Source of the DNA: Octopus vulgaris
Lineage: Eukaryota
DNA length: 64,000 nt
Assembly (NCBI GenBank): GCA_951406725.2
Contig: OX597814.1
Coordinates: forward strand, 214,396,001 to 214,460,000
Direction of reading: 5' to 3'
Part shown: piece by piece, positions 37,069 through 50,468 of the stretch
Position numbering within the stretch: position 1 is the first letter of the stretch
Layout: every line of letters begins with the position of its first letter
Program-made: the position numbers and the translations under genes
The notes under the pieces: model-generated
Told to the model about the DNA's origin: nothing
What the model saw: the letters and a program-made list of their open reading frames with translations, nothing else
The model's database searches: none

Positions 37069-37476
37069 ACTCTTTACTCTTTTACTTGTTTCAGTCATTT
37101 GACTGCGGCCATGCTGGAGCACCGCCTTTAGTCGATCAAATTGATCCCAGGACTTATTCTTTGTAAGCCTAGTACTTATTCTATCAGTCACTTTTACCGA
37201 ACCGCTAAGTTATGGGGACGTAAACACACCAGCATCGGTTGTCAAGCGGTGTTGGTCGGACAAACACAGACACACAAACATACACGCACACACATATCTA
37301 CATATATATACATATACCCGACGGGCTTCTTTCAGTTTCTGTCTACCAAATCCACTCACAAGGCTTTGGTCGGCCCGAGGCTATAGTAGAAGACACTTGC
37401 CCAAGATGCCACGCAGTGGGACTGAACCCGGAATCATGTGGTTGGTAAGCAAGCTACTTACCACACAGCCACTCCT
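37069..37476 (-). mobile_element. SINE group 1 copy, 12 bp downstream of the exon 21 donor
   Basis: Reverse complement of the family. Confidence 0.88.
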
Positions 37477-38966
37477 ATATTTATATATATCACTTCATAT
37501 CGTTGAAAAAGGAATTTTCTGTTTATCTCATTTATATATTTCAGATTTTTACTTTGATTTGATATTATTGCAATTTATTTAGTTTATTTAGACAGAATAT
37601 TAACTTTAAAAATTAAAAATTCAACTATTTTTTTAAGAAAGACATCTTATTAATGCTATTCATCTTGAATAAAATTCTTATTTGTAAATTCTGTTGTAAA
37701 TGGATAGCAAAATGTTTTTCTTTTGAAAGTTTCTCTTCTCAGAAGTGCTAAAAAAAGACTCTTAGTGGGAGTGAGTTGCTAACTCTTAAACCAATTCCTA
37801 TATCTGAATTTTCATCTAATCAAAATAAAGATATTTGAATCAGATTATTTTGGAAATTAATATTAACAACTCTCTTGTATCACTCAGGCCAATTGATTGG
37901 CCCTAGTGATACAAGCTGAAAAGACTTTGAGGCCAATTTATCAGACTGATGAAACAAATGTGTTGTGTGTAGCCAATCAGAGATTGTCTTTCAGTAGATA
38001 TAATATAAAACTATATAATATACATAGTTTTACATACTAATAAAATAGTTTCAGGCACTTTATCCTTTGTTTTCTACATGCATGCATCAATTTCAAACTC
38101 AACAGAAAAAATATTTTGGTCTTTTTGGCTACACATACCAAAACACAGTGTCTCAAAAGGGTTAAAGATTTTGTCAAATAACTTTATATTGCCAGCTAAA
38201 ATGGCTGCATCCACTTTTAGTTCCCAATGGAAACAGTAATACACTTGCATACAATTAATGATATGTACTCTGTAATATTATGAGTCAATTGAAGGTGAGC
38301 TGGCAGAAACGTTAGCACGCCGGACGATATACTTAGCGGTATTTTGTCTGTCTTTATGTTCTGAGTTCAAATTCCGCCAAGGTCGACTTTGCCTTTCATC
38401 CTTTCGGGGTCAATTAAATAAGTACCAGTTATGCACTGGGGTCGATATAATTGACTTAATCTGTTTGTCTGTCCTTGTGTGTCCCCTCTGTGTTTAGCCC
38501 CTTGTGGGTAGTAAAGAAATAGGTATGACTAGACTGTAGGCTGAAAGGTTATTTGTTTAAACTGTTGCCCATTACTCTGCTATATTAAATCTGTCTTGCT
38601 GAAATATGTGATGTTTCTGTTTCATTGTTTACCATTATTTGTTTCACAAGAAGATGGCGAAAATACTCAAACCAAAAATACAGATGCAGCTATTCAAAAA
38701 CTTAGTCCACACTTTTTAACTTTTAAAAAGGAAAAAATGATTGTAAAAAGAATTAAAATGTGTAATTCATTGGAAGCCACTTATTGAGAGAAGCAACAGA
38801 TAACTTTAGGCAAAAGATGTAACAATATTCTGAGTGTATTTAGTCCATGCTAACCTTGATAACAATAACCATTTGATAACATATGATTCTAATAAGTGGT
38901 TTTTACTATTTATCAGTTATAGATTTATTTTCCCAAGTAACAATAATATTTTATTCTCTTCGTTAG

Positions 38967-39082
38967 CCTTGTAAATTTCTCATTGAAACAATATTTGCTA
39001 AGCGGATGAGTGTTCTTGAATCTAAGAAGCAAATATTAGCTGAACTTAAAGAGCAGTGCAATTTAGACATACCTCTTTCAAG
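38967..39082 (+). CDS. USP47: USP47 exon 22
   Basis: cgttag|CCT...AG|gtaaga; PCKFLIETIFAKRMSVLESKKQILAELKEQCNLDIPLS(R). Confidence 0.94.
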
Positions 39083-40631
39083 GTAAGATATTTATTTTGT
39101 GAGTTCTTCAAAAACTGTTTAAGTCAATGCCAAGTGCTGAAATTTGTGTTCAAATAATCATTAATACATTAATATTTGTGTAAAGCATAATATTTCTTTC
39201 GTTCTAATATTGGTAGCCTGGACATAAGCCATTAAATACTTATTTCCTAAAATCTTTTGAATGCTTAGTTTTGCAATGTTATTCAACTTGCAGAAATGTG
39301 TACATAAATGTGAGGATTAATGTGACAGAATTTCCCTCAATATATATCCAGCCCATGCAAGCATGGAAAGTGGACATTAAGATGAAGATTATGATACGTT
39401 TATGATATAATTTCTGGAAACTTATGTTTAAATTTTATATTTTTCTTTTATAATATATCTTCATCTCATATATATCTTCCTTATTAGTCATATAAATTTT
39501 CCATTGAAACAATGTTAAGCTTAAGTAATTAAAATCTGTCTATAGATTGGGTAATTTTAGAATCTAGCATTATAATATCAGCTTACTAGTTGACATGTTA
39601 CGATTGATGAAGCCCCATGGAAAATTTAAATGTATGAAAATCTCAAAATTATTTGTAAAAATATAGAAAGTTTTTCAGAACTAGCAGTCACTATTAATCA
39701 TGACAAGTGACTTTCAAAAGAACTCAGTTATGAAGCATTTGAATTGTTAATGAAAGACAAAGTCAATATCTAACTTTAAAGTAACTCATTTTTCATTTTG
39801 TTTTAGTTTCAATAATTTTTCATCTTTGTATTTAAGTCAACTTATACTTTCAATACTGTTCATCTACAAAATGTTCTCTGGTGTTTCATTATTTGTGACT
39901 AGAAAGTGTTGACGCTGTTGTGTCCCTTGGATTGGTCTAGCTTATTCCAAAATTTTCTCTGGCAAATACAGCAGTGAATTGGTTGGCTTTTTCCTAATCA
40001 ACTATGTTACTTCGATTCAATGTTCTTTTGATAATTGATGAATCACATGATGAATAGGTGCTCTGCCTTATTTTATACCAGATGTTGAGAACTAGCATTA
40101 TTAAACGATGATGAAAGTGTTTGACATACAGATCTATTCTTACAATTTATTCAATGAATCAAATATGGAATGGTCAGTGTCCTGAAACTCACAGCAAAAT
40201 TCCTTCTTTATTGGTATTGCTCTCTTCAGAATTCAAACATTGGTTTGAAAGTTTTCTTGCTACATTCCTAATGGCAACAGACTATATTCCCTTGAAAACA
40301 TTGTGTCTTACAAAATAATTGAATTTACTGCAGTTTGTGACAATTATGAGGATCCAATAAATTAAGTTGTGAATGAGGTTTTTGTGAGACTTCAACTTGT
40401 GCCTTTCAAACACCAGCCAACTAAATCCCTTAAAACTCCTGAGGAATGTTACTTCAAAGAAGTTACATTCCTTGACTAGAAATTTCAAGGTCTGAAATAA
40501 AAGTTCGATAATGACTCTTTTATTTTTGAAATAACATTGAATGGTATAAGATTCATTCTCAGAAACAAAATAATGGCTTTGGAATCGGCTGTTTTACAAC
40601 AAGGACATTGGACTTTAGCTCTAAAGAATAT

Positions 40632-40935
40632 TTGTTTGTTCCTTCTTGAGCCATGCCTGGCTCATAAGGGCTGGTTTCCCGGTTTCCTTGGCGTATAGGT
40701 TCCCCACCTGGACGGGATGCCGGTCCGTCGCAGGTGAGCTGCAAGATGCAGGAGGAAAGAGTGAGAGAAAGTTGTGGCGAAAGAGTCAGCAGAAGTTCAC
40801 CATTACCTTCTGCCAGAACCACATGGAGCTAAGGTGTTTTGCTCATAAACACACACATCACCCGGTCTGAGATTTGAACCCGCGATCGCTTGACCACGAG
40901 TCTGCTGCTCTAACCACTAGGCCATGTGCCTCCGC
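40632..40935 (-). mobile_element. tRNA-derived SINE group 3 variant
   Basis: Minus strand: tRNA-like head, then gatggac(t/c)ggcatcccgtccag...gaaaccggga 3' module. Confidence 0.78.
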
Positions 40936-43090
40936 AAAGAATATTTATATAACCTTGAAAAATACTACTGCTGCTATGAAAGAGAATGCTCAGTAGATAC
41001 TTTGGAAACTTTTTGTGTTGGGATGTGGGGAACATAGATACAACTGCAGAAATTTTCCAGCTGGAGATGCTATGTTGTTAGTGTAAGAAAAATTACCATT
41101 TTTCTCAGACGCAAAAATCATGAAATAAATCCACAAGATGTCCTTATAAATCAGGTAATAAACCAGTTTGATTTGTTATGATGCCTAGCATCTCCAGGTG
41201 AAATAGTTAACTGTGTGGAGTTGGGCTTACCAGTTGCTGGCTCAGTCTTTTATTTCAGTAGCACTTCTTTGGCTGTCACCCTTCATTCCAAGACAATGCT
41301 ATTTCTCAAGATGAGGACGCTTTGAATAAAAGAGATAGTGATATTAATTCATCAAACTTGGACAAACTTACTTTTCCTCATTCTAAGATGACTATCAATC
41401 CACCTGAAAGATTTAATTTGTGATTCATTATTGTATCAAAGTTGCATAAATATAAAATCTAATTCTAGATTGGAGTTATACTGTTAACTTCGACTGGTTT
41501 TAAACTATGTAGTATTTTTACGAGTGAGTGAATACTGTGAAACCAATTTCTTTTAGTAATAATTGATGTATCACTTGTTTGAGTGCATTATTTGTTGAAT
41601 AAATTATTTGGTATATGGATCTCTTATCATTATTTCTTACAGTAAAATGCATCTATTAACGGGTGTTTAACCCTGTTAATCAAGTGTTTCTCTTAGCACT
41701 ATATCCAGAACTCAGTACAACAAAGATGTTTTAATTATAAAGTGCAATTATTCTTTCCTGTGAACTGTATATACACTTTTAGTGCCTATTTACAGCTAGT
41801 CAACAAGAGTTAAGTATCCATCTCATGGACAATATTGCTCTGACGATGAGATATAAACCCATCAATCCTTTGGTTTGTAGGCAAACACTTCATTGACTTA
41901 ATTAACTGCAGCTTTAATAGATATGTTTGTGTAAGTGTTTGTATGTGTATACATCATCATCGTTTAACGTCCGCTTTCCATGCTGGCATGGGTTGGATGG
42001 TTCAACTGGGGTCTGGGAAACCAGAAGGCTGCACCAGGCCCAGTCTGATCTGGCAATGTTTCTACGGCTGGATGCCCTTCCTAACACCAACCACTCCGTG
42101 AATGTAGTGGGTGCTTTTTACGTGCCACCGGCACAGGTGCCAGACGAGGGCACAGGTGCCACATACAAATTCAAGTGTCTTCTTTCTTAGCATTTATCCT
42201 GCTTTGGTGCAAAGTCTGCTTGTTCCATTTGATGTGACAACAATGTACTTCAACTGATGTATCTTTTCAATGTCATTGGAGCCCCACCATTGGGCAAGGA
42301 TTTTGAAGGAGAAAGAGAGAGCAAAAAGAGAGATTTGCTCTCAGTATTACTGCTTTGGACTGGTGCCTATCAACCACTGCCAAGAAATTAGTTGACCTTG
42401 GCAAGATCTGAACAGAGTGCAGAGGAGACAGAACAAATTTTGCAGGGTATTTTATCTGGTGTTCTTATCATCGTTTAGCGTCCGCTTTCCATGCTAGCAT
42501 GAGTTGGACGGTTCAACTGGGGTCTGGGAAGCCAGAAGGCTGCACCAGGCCCAGTTTGATCTGTTTCTACGGCTGGATGCCCTTCCTAACGCCAACCACT
42601 CCATGAGTGTAGTGGGTGCTTTTTACGTGCCAGATGAGTCTGGCAAACGGCCACGATCGGATGGTGCTTTTTATGTGCCACCGGCACTTATGACTCTGCC
42701 AATTGGCTTCCTTGTGTATTCATAGGTGTATATGCCTGTATCTGTATCTAAAATTAGTTTGACTGAGCAGAAGAAATGTTTATAAATCCAAATTTAAGAT
42801 AGTATAGGACAGTAGTAAATATACTGCATTGCTTTTTGTTAAACTTTGGGATTTTATAAAATTTTGGCAATCAAGGTTTCTCTATGAATAGTTTTGAATG
42901 TTCTAATTTTTGATTATGTTTTTCTTTTGTTTTTGCTTTTTCTGTAATAGTGGACTAATTTATTTCAAGTAGGATTTTCTTATCTTTAAGATATGTATTT
43001 ATTTTCAAATGCTCATTGAAAAATTTACTTATGCATAAATTTGAACAATTCCTTTCACCAATAATTTTATCCACCATTTGCTATAATCAG

Positions 43091-43209
43091 GTGCCGTTTA
43101 CGAAAGAAATCTTGGAAAAATCCTGGTGCTGTTTATTTAGACAATCAATTATATGATGACGACATTTCATTATATACTCACTGGGAAATTTTTCTGGAAG
43201 TTTTGGAAG
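43091..43209 (+). CDS. USP47: USP47 exon 23
   Basis: aatcag|G...GAA G|gtaact; CRLRKKSWKNPGAVYLDNQLYDDDISLYTHWEIFLEVLE. Confidence 0.95.
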
Positions 43210-43957
43210 GTAACTTCATAAGTTTAATTCATTCTGTTATTCAAAATTGTCTTTCTGTTGCCAACCCTTCTCTGTTTCTAAGCAAAGTAATATTTTCCAA
43301 TGGCCATTGTTTACAACCAGTGAGCACATGGGAAGATGAAGGAAAACACACACACCTTTCAGTTTCCATCTATCAAGTCCACTCATAAGGCTTTGGTTGG
43401 CTTGGGTCTATAATGGAAGACACTTACTCAAGGTGACATGCAGTGGGACTAAACCCAAACACTCTAAGTGCTTTGCTGGCCAACTTTGTACTTCATGTTG
43501 CATAAGACTGTGTTGCATGGCTTACAGCCTAATGTATTTATGAAGGGTTAATCAATTGTCCAACTTATTTAAAACCATACTCTTTTGTTATTTCAAATAT
43601 TTATTTTTTTAAAAGATGCATCATCCTTATGAGAAAGTTTCTCCTGTAGTTTAAGGACCATTGTACCAGTATAGCTGCTATATTTTTATGTAGATGAACA
43701 CTTGAAGTACATCTTTGTAAGCTTATAAAAACGAATATCTGTTGAGTTGGCTATTAAATATTTAAGTCTGCTCCACAAATTATGTTGTTTGATTACTTGA
43801 CTCTCATAGTTACCCATTTTTACTTGATTTAAGATACTGCAACTAGCATCTGTTTTCATTTTGTTTTCACTTTTGTTTGAATAAAAACAAATTGATAAAG
43901 CTCTGCAGCAAGAAAAATATTTCAACATATAAATGTTTTAATAAGGATGATTTGCAT

Positions 43958-44154
43958 ACTCTTTTACTCTTTTACTTGTTTCAGTCATTTGACTGCGGCC
44001 ATGCTGGAGCACCGCCTTTAATCGAGCAACTCGACCCCGGGACTTATTCTTTTGTAAGCCCAGTACTTATTCTATCGGTTTCTTTTGCCGAACCGCTAAG
44101 TGACAGGGACGTAAACACACCAGCATCGGTTGTCAAGCAATGCTAGGGGGACAA

Positions 44155-44195
<41 letters not shown>

Positions 44196-44358
44196 CATAT
44201 ATACGACGAGCTTCTTTTAGTTTCCGTCTACCAAATCCACTCACAAGGCATTGGTCGGCCCGGGGCTATAGCAGAAGACACCTGCCCAAGGTGCCACGCA
44301 GTGGGACTGAACCCGGAACCATGTGGTTGGTTAGCAAGCTACTTACCACACAGCCACT
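43958..44358 (-). mobile_element. SINE group 1 copy
   Basis: Reverse complement of the family. Confidence 0.88.
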
Positions 44359-44629
44359 TATTTTTAATACACATTCTGTGAAATTTGAATGCAGCTATGT
44401 GAATCCCTATTGTTTTTGTCATGGGAGAACAACAATTCCCATCTGCAACGATGTGTTTAAGGATGAAGTTGTTCTCCTGTGATGTACACGACAGCAACTA
44501 ACATATTTTCATTCAGATCTGCTGGAATGTTGTAAATAATGATTTGCACTGTACACAGTGCAAATAATGCTTTTTAATTTGTTTTAATATATATATAATG
44601 TTAACTATTTTTTTACAATTGAATAACAG

Positions 44630-44760
44630 GCCCTGATCAAGTTAAATCTGCTAATGAACTATCACTATTTGCACGGCGATGGCGGACATCTACTTATCGG
44701 TTGGATCCCTTCCAAGAAGTTGTTTTATCACAACATACAACAGACCATCTACGAGAGAAA
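44630..44760 (+). CDS. USP47: USP47 exon 24
   Basis: taacag|GC...AAA|gtaagc; (G)PDQVKSANELSLFARRWRTSTYRLDPFQEVVLSQHTTDHLREK. Confidence 0.94.
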
Positions 44761-45036
44761 GTAAGCCGCTGAAGAATAATTTTTGTTGTTTCTATTTAGG
44801 AAATATTTTTTCTTTGTAACATTCTTCATTTAATCTGATTTCTTAACATTTCTGAATGCAGTATTTATTTTGGTGGTATAATGTCGGCTTCAGTATTTGC
44901 TTTTACATTAGAAAGATAAAAATATTTAAAATCCAAATGGAGACTGTGAAATGTAAACTTTGATGAATAATATTAAATGCAATAACCTGAATTTGTACAG
45001 TTTGCATAAGAACAATTACCAAAAGCTAACTCTACA

Positions 45037-45401
45037 TCTCTATATATATAAATGGCAAAATGTCTGCATGTGTGTCCTTCATACAAATCCACAATTTTTC
45101 AGTTTAGAGGGCTCGCACTTTCTATGGTCATTCAAAACTGTTCAAGGGTGGTCGTGCACATCTTTACATTTCCCCAGTCACCCCACAAAGCTATTAAAAA
45201 ATCAATAGAAGTGACTTTTTTGTGAATTTTCTATCTAAAACCCAATCAAAATGCTCAAAACTTGATACACTAATTGAATGCCAGCTAGCTGTATGTGATT
45301 GGTTGGAGATTTGGACAGTACTCGCGTGTATGTGCACACGCACGCAGCTGTATATGCATGCACTAGCACTATGACCTGGCGTTGCCGGGTCATTGTGCTA
45401 G
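45037..45401 (+). mobile_element. Non-autonomous Helitron-like element
   Basis: A|TCtctatatatataaa start; 3' hairpin and CTAG|T end. Confidence 0.55.
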
Positions 45402-45711
45402 TGTAGTATTAATTCAAATATATTTTTTGACTTAAAGAATAGAGTTTCTTATTAACATATCACATTTTTCACTTTGACTGGATAAATCTTTCATTTTTCT
45501 TATTCTGTTACATTCCCTGGAATATGGGTTGGTAGAACTTAGAAAGGAAAAAAACAAATGAGTACATTTAGTACACATAAAAGAAAGTGTTAACTAAATT
45601 TTATATGTTTCAGGCTTGAGGCTTGAAAGTAGCTAGGGGTTTTGTTCCTTTTTTTGACGATTATTTACTTGCTAAATGTCTTATAAAACAAATTTTCTTT
45701 CCTACTTTCAG

Positions 45712-45759
45712 TTACATGAAATTAGTGGTATAGAGAAAGAAAATATTGAATTTGCCAAG
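45712..45759 (+). CDS. USP47: USP47 exon 25
   Basis: tttcag|TTA...AAG|gtcagt; LHEISGIEKENIEFAK. Confidence 0.93.
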
Positions 45760-45922
45760 GTCAGTAATTTTTCATTTTAATACTTTAATTTTTTTTTATA
45801 ATCTACATGCTATCATTAGAAAAAAGGGTTAGTTTCAAAGTTAATTAGTGATTACAATGGTTGAAATAATTTTCATTTTTGTATTATCTTTGCCTTATCT
45901 CTAGCCAAATCCCCTGAGTTCA

Positions 45923-46160
45923 ATTAATCCATTAGCATTCAGATTTATTTATCCAATGTATTCACATGGGTTTGAGTTAATCATGCATCATCTTGTAGCT
46001 TCAAGGTTCCAATGGTATGTTTATATATTTTTAGAAATGACATTGTAGGGTAGGTGCAAGAGGTTGGATCCTGTCAGTTTCAACACAAATCAGGAAAAAT
46101 ATTTGGGCCAGTTATACCAGATTAAATTAAGTTGGGCCAGATTAAATGCTAAAGGGTTAA
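45923..46160. mobile_element. piggyBac-type MITE family B; others at ~5161-5380, 11998-12213, 29847-30486 (reverse, interrupted), 49445-49630
   Basis: ttaa(c)cctttagcatt ... aatgctaaagggttaa ends with a shared interior. Confidence 0.7.
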
Positions 46161-47062
46161 ACAATTTGGACATGGATTTATAAATAGCTTTCTTCATGCT
46201 TGAAAGCAGCTAGGGGTTTGTGCTTTTGTTTGAAGAATTCTCATCATCAGTACCCCCTTTTCTGTCTTCTCAACCTCCTTGCCTTCTTCAATGTCATTTC
46301 AATTGTTACTGCTGCTGCCATCTGCATCTCTGAATGTTAGCATGGATTGGTGCTTTTATATGAATGTGTCATTCCTCCTAAACACTGTGGAGGAAATATA
46401 TCTTAAATATTGTCCTATGGAAGGGAAAGCTTTGAAAGAAAAGAGATATAGCACAGTGCAATGAGGTATCCCTAATGGTAGTTTGATAATAATGATCAAG
46501 ATGACATTGCCAAATATTGGTATTATGTAAAATAGTTTTAATTGCAATGAAGGGTTGGCGTTAAGAAGGGCATCCAGCTATAGAAACTCTGCCAGATCAA
46601 GATTGGAGCCTGGTGCAGCCATCTGGTTTGCCAGTCCTCAGTCAAATCGTCCAAACCATGCTAGCATGGAAAGCGGACGTTAAACGATGATGATGATGAT
46701 GAATTCAATTTATAAAACTTCAAAATATTTCTTCAGTTGTTAAATTATGTGTAGAAGCTTTTCAATTTTTTGCTTACTGATGCAAAAATTATAAATACTT
46801 AAATGCTTACTTTTTAGAAGTCATTAAATATTTTCGTTTGTGATAGTCATAATAACAATTGAAAACATACAGACATGCTTGTTTCATTTTGTAATAGTGT
46901 TATATTCTATTATAATGTGAAAAATGTTCAACATTTATGATCTGCTCACTGTGTCTGCATGGAAATATTTGTTACACATTCAGAATCTTATTGCTTATTT
47001 TTCTTAGCATTTTGTAAAATATTGTTAGAAATTGAAGATTTTTCTTTTATTTCTGTGGACAG

Positions 47063-47193
47063 GCACGTGGCACATTCCCTTGTGATATTCCTGTGTTGGG
47101 GATTCAAACTGAATTGGACTGGAATCCTCAGGTTACCTCCTTTAATATGTGGCCCCAAGCAATGTGTGAACCAGGAAGTGTAATATATTACAG
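47063..47193 (+). CDS. USP47: USP47 exon 26
   Basis: ggacag|GCA...AG|gttagt; ARGTFPCDIPVLGIQTELDWNPQVTSFNMWPQAMCEPGSVIYY(R). Confidence 0.94.
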
Positions 47194-48305
47194 GTTAGTG
47201 TGTCTCTGTTCATTAACTCAAATTGTAAATAAGGAAATGGCAAATGTTTTTGTTTCAGGTGGGATCAGGCCTGGGTGTAAGGTTAAGAAGTTTCACAATC
47301 ATGTAGTTTCAACTTTGATCCTGTTGCATGGAACTTTGGGCAAGTGTCTTCTTTTAACTTCAGGCTTTGGTGAGTGGAATTTTGTAAGTGGAAACTGATA
47401 GAAGCTTGTCTAATGTGCTTGCACTTGTCTTCATGTGTCTTTGCATTGACACAGCTTAGGCAGTAGAGACATTGTTTATGTCTTCCATAAACAAAACATC
47501 TTACAGCTGTTTGATGTGCAAAGACATGGAGTAAAGGTATCTTATCTGAAAACAAATAGGAATGGTACCAAGAAGGACGTACATCTGTTGAAAACTGCCT
47601 AGAGAAATCTCATTCAACACGTCAGTATAGAAAAAGCAGGCATAAAAAAACACAATGATAAATTGCTTTTCTATATGGAAAAAATGGAATTTGTTCAAAG
47701 CAAAGGAAGTTCAGTATTTTCTGTTTTGACTAGTTAGATATTTTATTAGCAAGTGCAAGATCTTGTTTATGTTGAATGGAATTTGTACAGATTACTAAGT
47801 AAAATGCATGAATAGAGAATTACTTAGCATAATGATTTTTCATTGCTCTTTAATCAGTACTACAGTACTGAATTGGATAAAGTTAATGTTATAATGTTTA
47901 TTATGAATGGTAAGTTAGTATTTGGAAGTTAAAACTTGGATAAGAAGTTTTACTTCTAAGAAGAAGAAGAAATAATCAAAATGTTTATACTGGATTAAAG
48001 ATCTAATACAAACATTTAATTACTTTAATGTTCTTGTATTATCTTAATTTTTCATTAATGTTTTCATGCAACTCTGTAAACACATTTGGAAAAAGTTCAG
48101 TATTTTGTGAAGCCATACCATAAGACTACATGGTCAGATGTTTATGGTTTGACTTGTGGACATTGTTTTGCATAGCAGCTGTTTGATTGGTATTTGTTAT
48201 GGACATTTCTATTTTTATTTTTTAAAGTTAAGGTTCATATAACTTGATTCATTAACAACTTTTATAAGTTTGGTGTATGAAATTTGAGATTTCTTTTAAA
48301 TTCAG

Positions 48306-48374
48306 AGATAAAACAGAAGATCTAATGGAACTGTCCAAAGAAAAGAAGGAAGAACTATCTCAGAAAGAAAACAG
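48306..48374 (+). CDS. USP47: USP47 exon 27
   Basis: attcag|A...AG|gtgaat; DKTEDLMELSKEKKEELSQKEN(R). Confidence 0.93.
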
Positions 48375-49975
48375 GTGAATTAAAAAAAAATTTTTATCAT
48401 ATTTTATTAGCTGATCAATGAATGAATTGTATCCTAAAAATAATTGAACTTTTAAAAATGTATGTATAGTGGCTGAAAAGAGTTAGTTGATGTTCTCTAT
48501 TAAACTTGTGAAAATAATTGGTAGAAAATCTGGGATATTATTCCAGACAAAGTTCCAAATAGTTATAAGAAAGATGGTGGTAAATCCAAATAGTTTTGGG
48601 AAAGTTTGATTCAGAAGTTAGTTTTTGATGGGGTTGGGATGAACTGACAGTTTCATAGAAGCAGAATTTGTTTTGTTGTATGAAACTAAAATAATCAAAA
48701 GTAGTTACTAGTGTGAAAATTTTGTCAGAAAGTTTATTATTTTTCTAAAATACAGTACAGTTTATTGCTTATTCAAGGTCTCTTATATGAAAGCAATTTT
48801 TTCATGGTGAAGTAGATTTCATTGCTTACATATTATACTTATTTGTGTATGAGACACATTTTCCCCCCCCAACATTTTTAAACTTAAAAATTGTGGATGC
48901 ACGTTATTTATGACACAAGTTACATCCAGTGTCAAAATTAACCAATGTATAATGAAAAGATGAAATCACTTAAATACTGTTACACTTTTCTATATATAAG
49001 TGATAGTATATTAGTCATTCATTTGATATATTAAGTAGACATCACACTAGCATATTGAAACTAGTCAGAGGTAAAATCTGAAACAGCAAAAAGAAAAACA
49101 AGATTTCCATTTATAGTCTGTTATGTACTTCAGTTTGTGTATATGTGTTACAAGAACAAACACTTAAAATTTTGTTTCAATAATCCTTTATAATAGACTT
49201 TCCAGCTGTGACCATCATCTTTCAATATGTTAAACTGATTTGATGAATTTATATAAAAATATTTTATTTTGCTAAATGATTTTAATGTATTAAACAGTAT
49301 GTATATTACATAATCGAAAAGCATTTTTTTAATTAAAGAAATTGTCAGATCCTAAACTTCTGACAGTTAAAACAAAAAAGCCAGACAATTTTTTTATATG
49401 CATAATAAAAAAAAAAAGGAATTAAAAAAAAAAAAAATTTGAGCTTAACCCTTTATATTCAGATTATTCTTTCATATGTAATGCTTATTTATTCACATTG
49501 TTTTGAATTATCTCATAGCTTTGAGATTTCACTGTTGTGGTTGTTTATTTTCGGAATAACATGGTAGGGCAGGTATGAGAGGCTAGGACTGGCCAGTTTG
49601 AATATAAAACAGAATATTTGGGCCTGATATGTAGTAATATTGACAATGTATAATATAAAAATCAAATTGATTTTCTAGATAAAAATATAATTATGAGATT
49701 TCTACAATGTTGACCTTATTCAACAAATGCACTTTTTGTAAAATATTATACAGCAATTATAATAAATCTGGCTAAACTGTTACCAAACATCATAATATTA
49801 AATATATATGCATTCAGCATTTCATTGCCTTTAATTAGTGTTCTACATGAATGCATATTATATGCAAATAAATGTAGTACGCTTTTTAAGGAAAAAAACT
49901 TTTTACTAAGTAATGCATGAAGAGGGTATTTCTCAGATTTCAAAAGAGTTCTTTCCGTTAAGAGTTTGAATGAAA

Positions 49976-50120
49976 TATTAGGTTGTCCCAAAAGTTCGTA
50001 AACACTTACGAAAATTGAATTTTTACTCGCCAAGTACTAACAAAAACAACAAAAATTATTCCTCAAAATAAAGACAATTATTTTCCAAGACTTTCTACGA
50101 ACTTTTGGGACAACCTTATA
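49976..50120. mobile_element. Mariner-type MITE
   Basis: Perfect 21-bp TIR aggttgtcccaaaagttcgta / tacgaacttttgggacaacct with TA flanks. Confidence 0.8.
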
Positions 50121-50323
50121 TGTGATTCAGTTTTCAAAACTAAATTTACCTGGGAATAGAACCTCTAAGGAAAATACTCTGAGTTAATGTAAATTTTATT
50201 GAATAAGTTTAAAAGTATTTTTTTAACATTTTAAATTGAAAAGTTGTTTTTTTTTATAAAGAAAAAGATTGACTATTAACTGATAATTTGTTAATCATTC
50301 TATTTGTTTTTTTTTTTTGACAG

Positions 50324-50468
50324 GGTAACCAACCTGGTGCATAAGATCTCCAATTCTCCCAGGAAAGAAAGAGCTTTGAAAATTTACACCGAAGATTTAA
50401 AATCGACCAGACTTTTGCCATCTCCTGTAGTTCCCTCTGCTGCTGGTGCAGCTTCTGGGCTAGACTAG
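50324..50468 (+). CDS. USP47: USP47 last coding exon, with stop codon
   Basis: tgacag|G...GAC TAG; VTNLVHKISNSPRKERALKIYTEDLKSTRLLPSPVVPSAAGAASGLD*; SPRKE(R/K)ALKIY is the USP47 C-terminal motif as I recall it. Confidence 0.93.
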
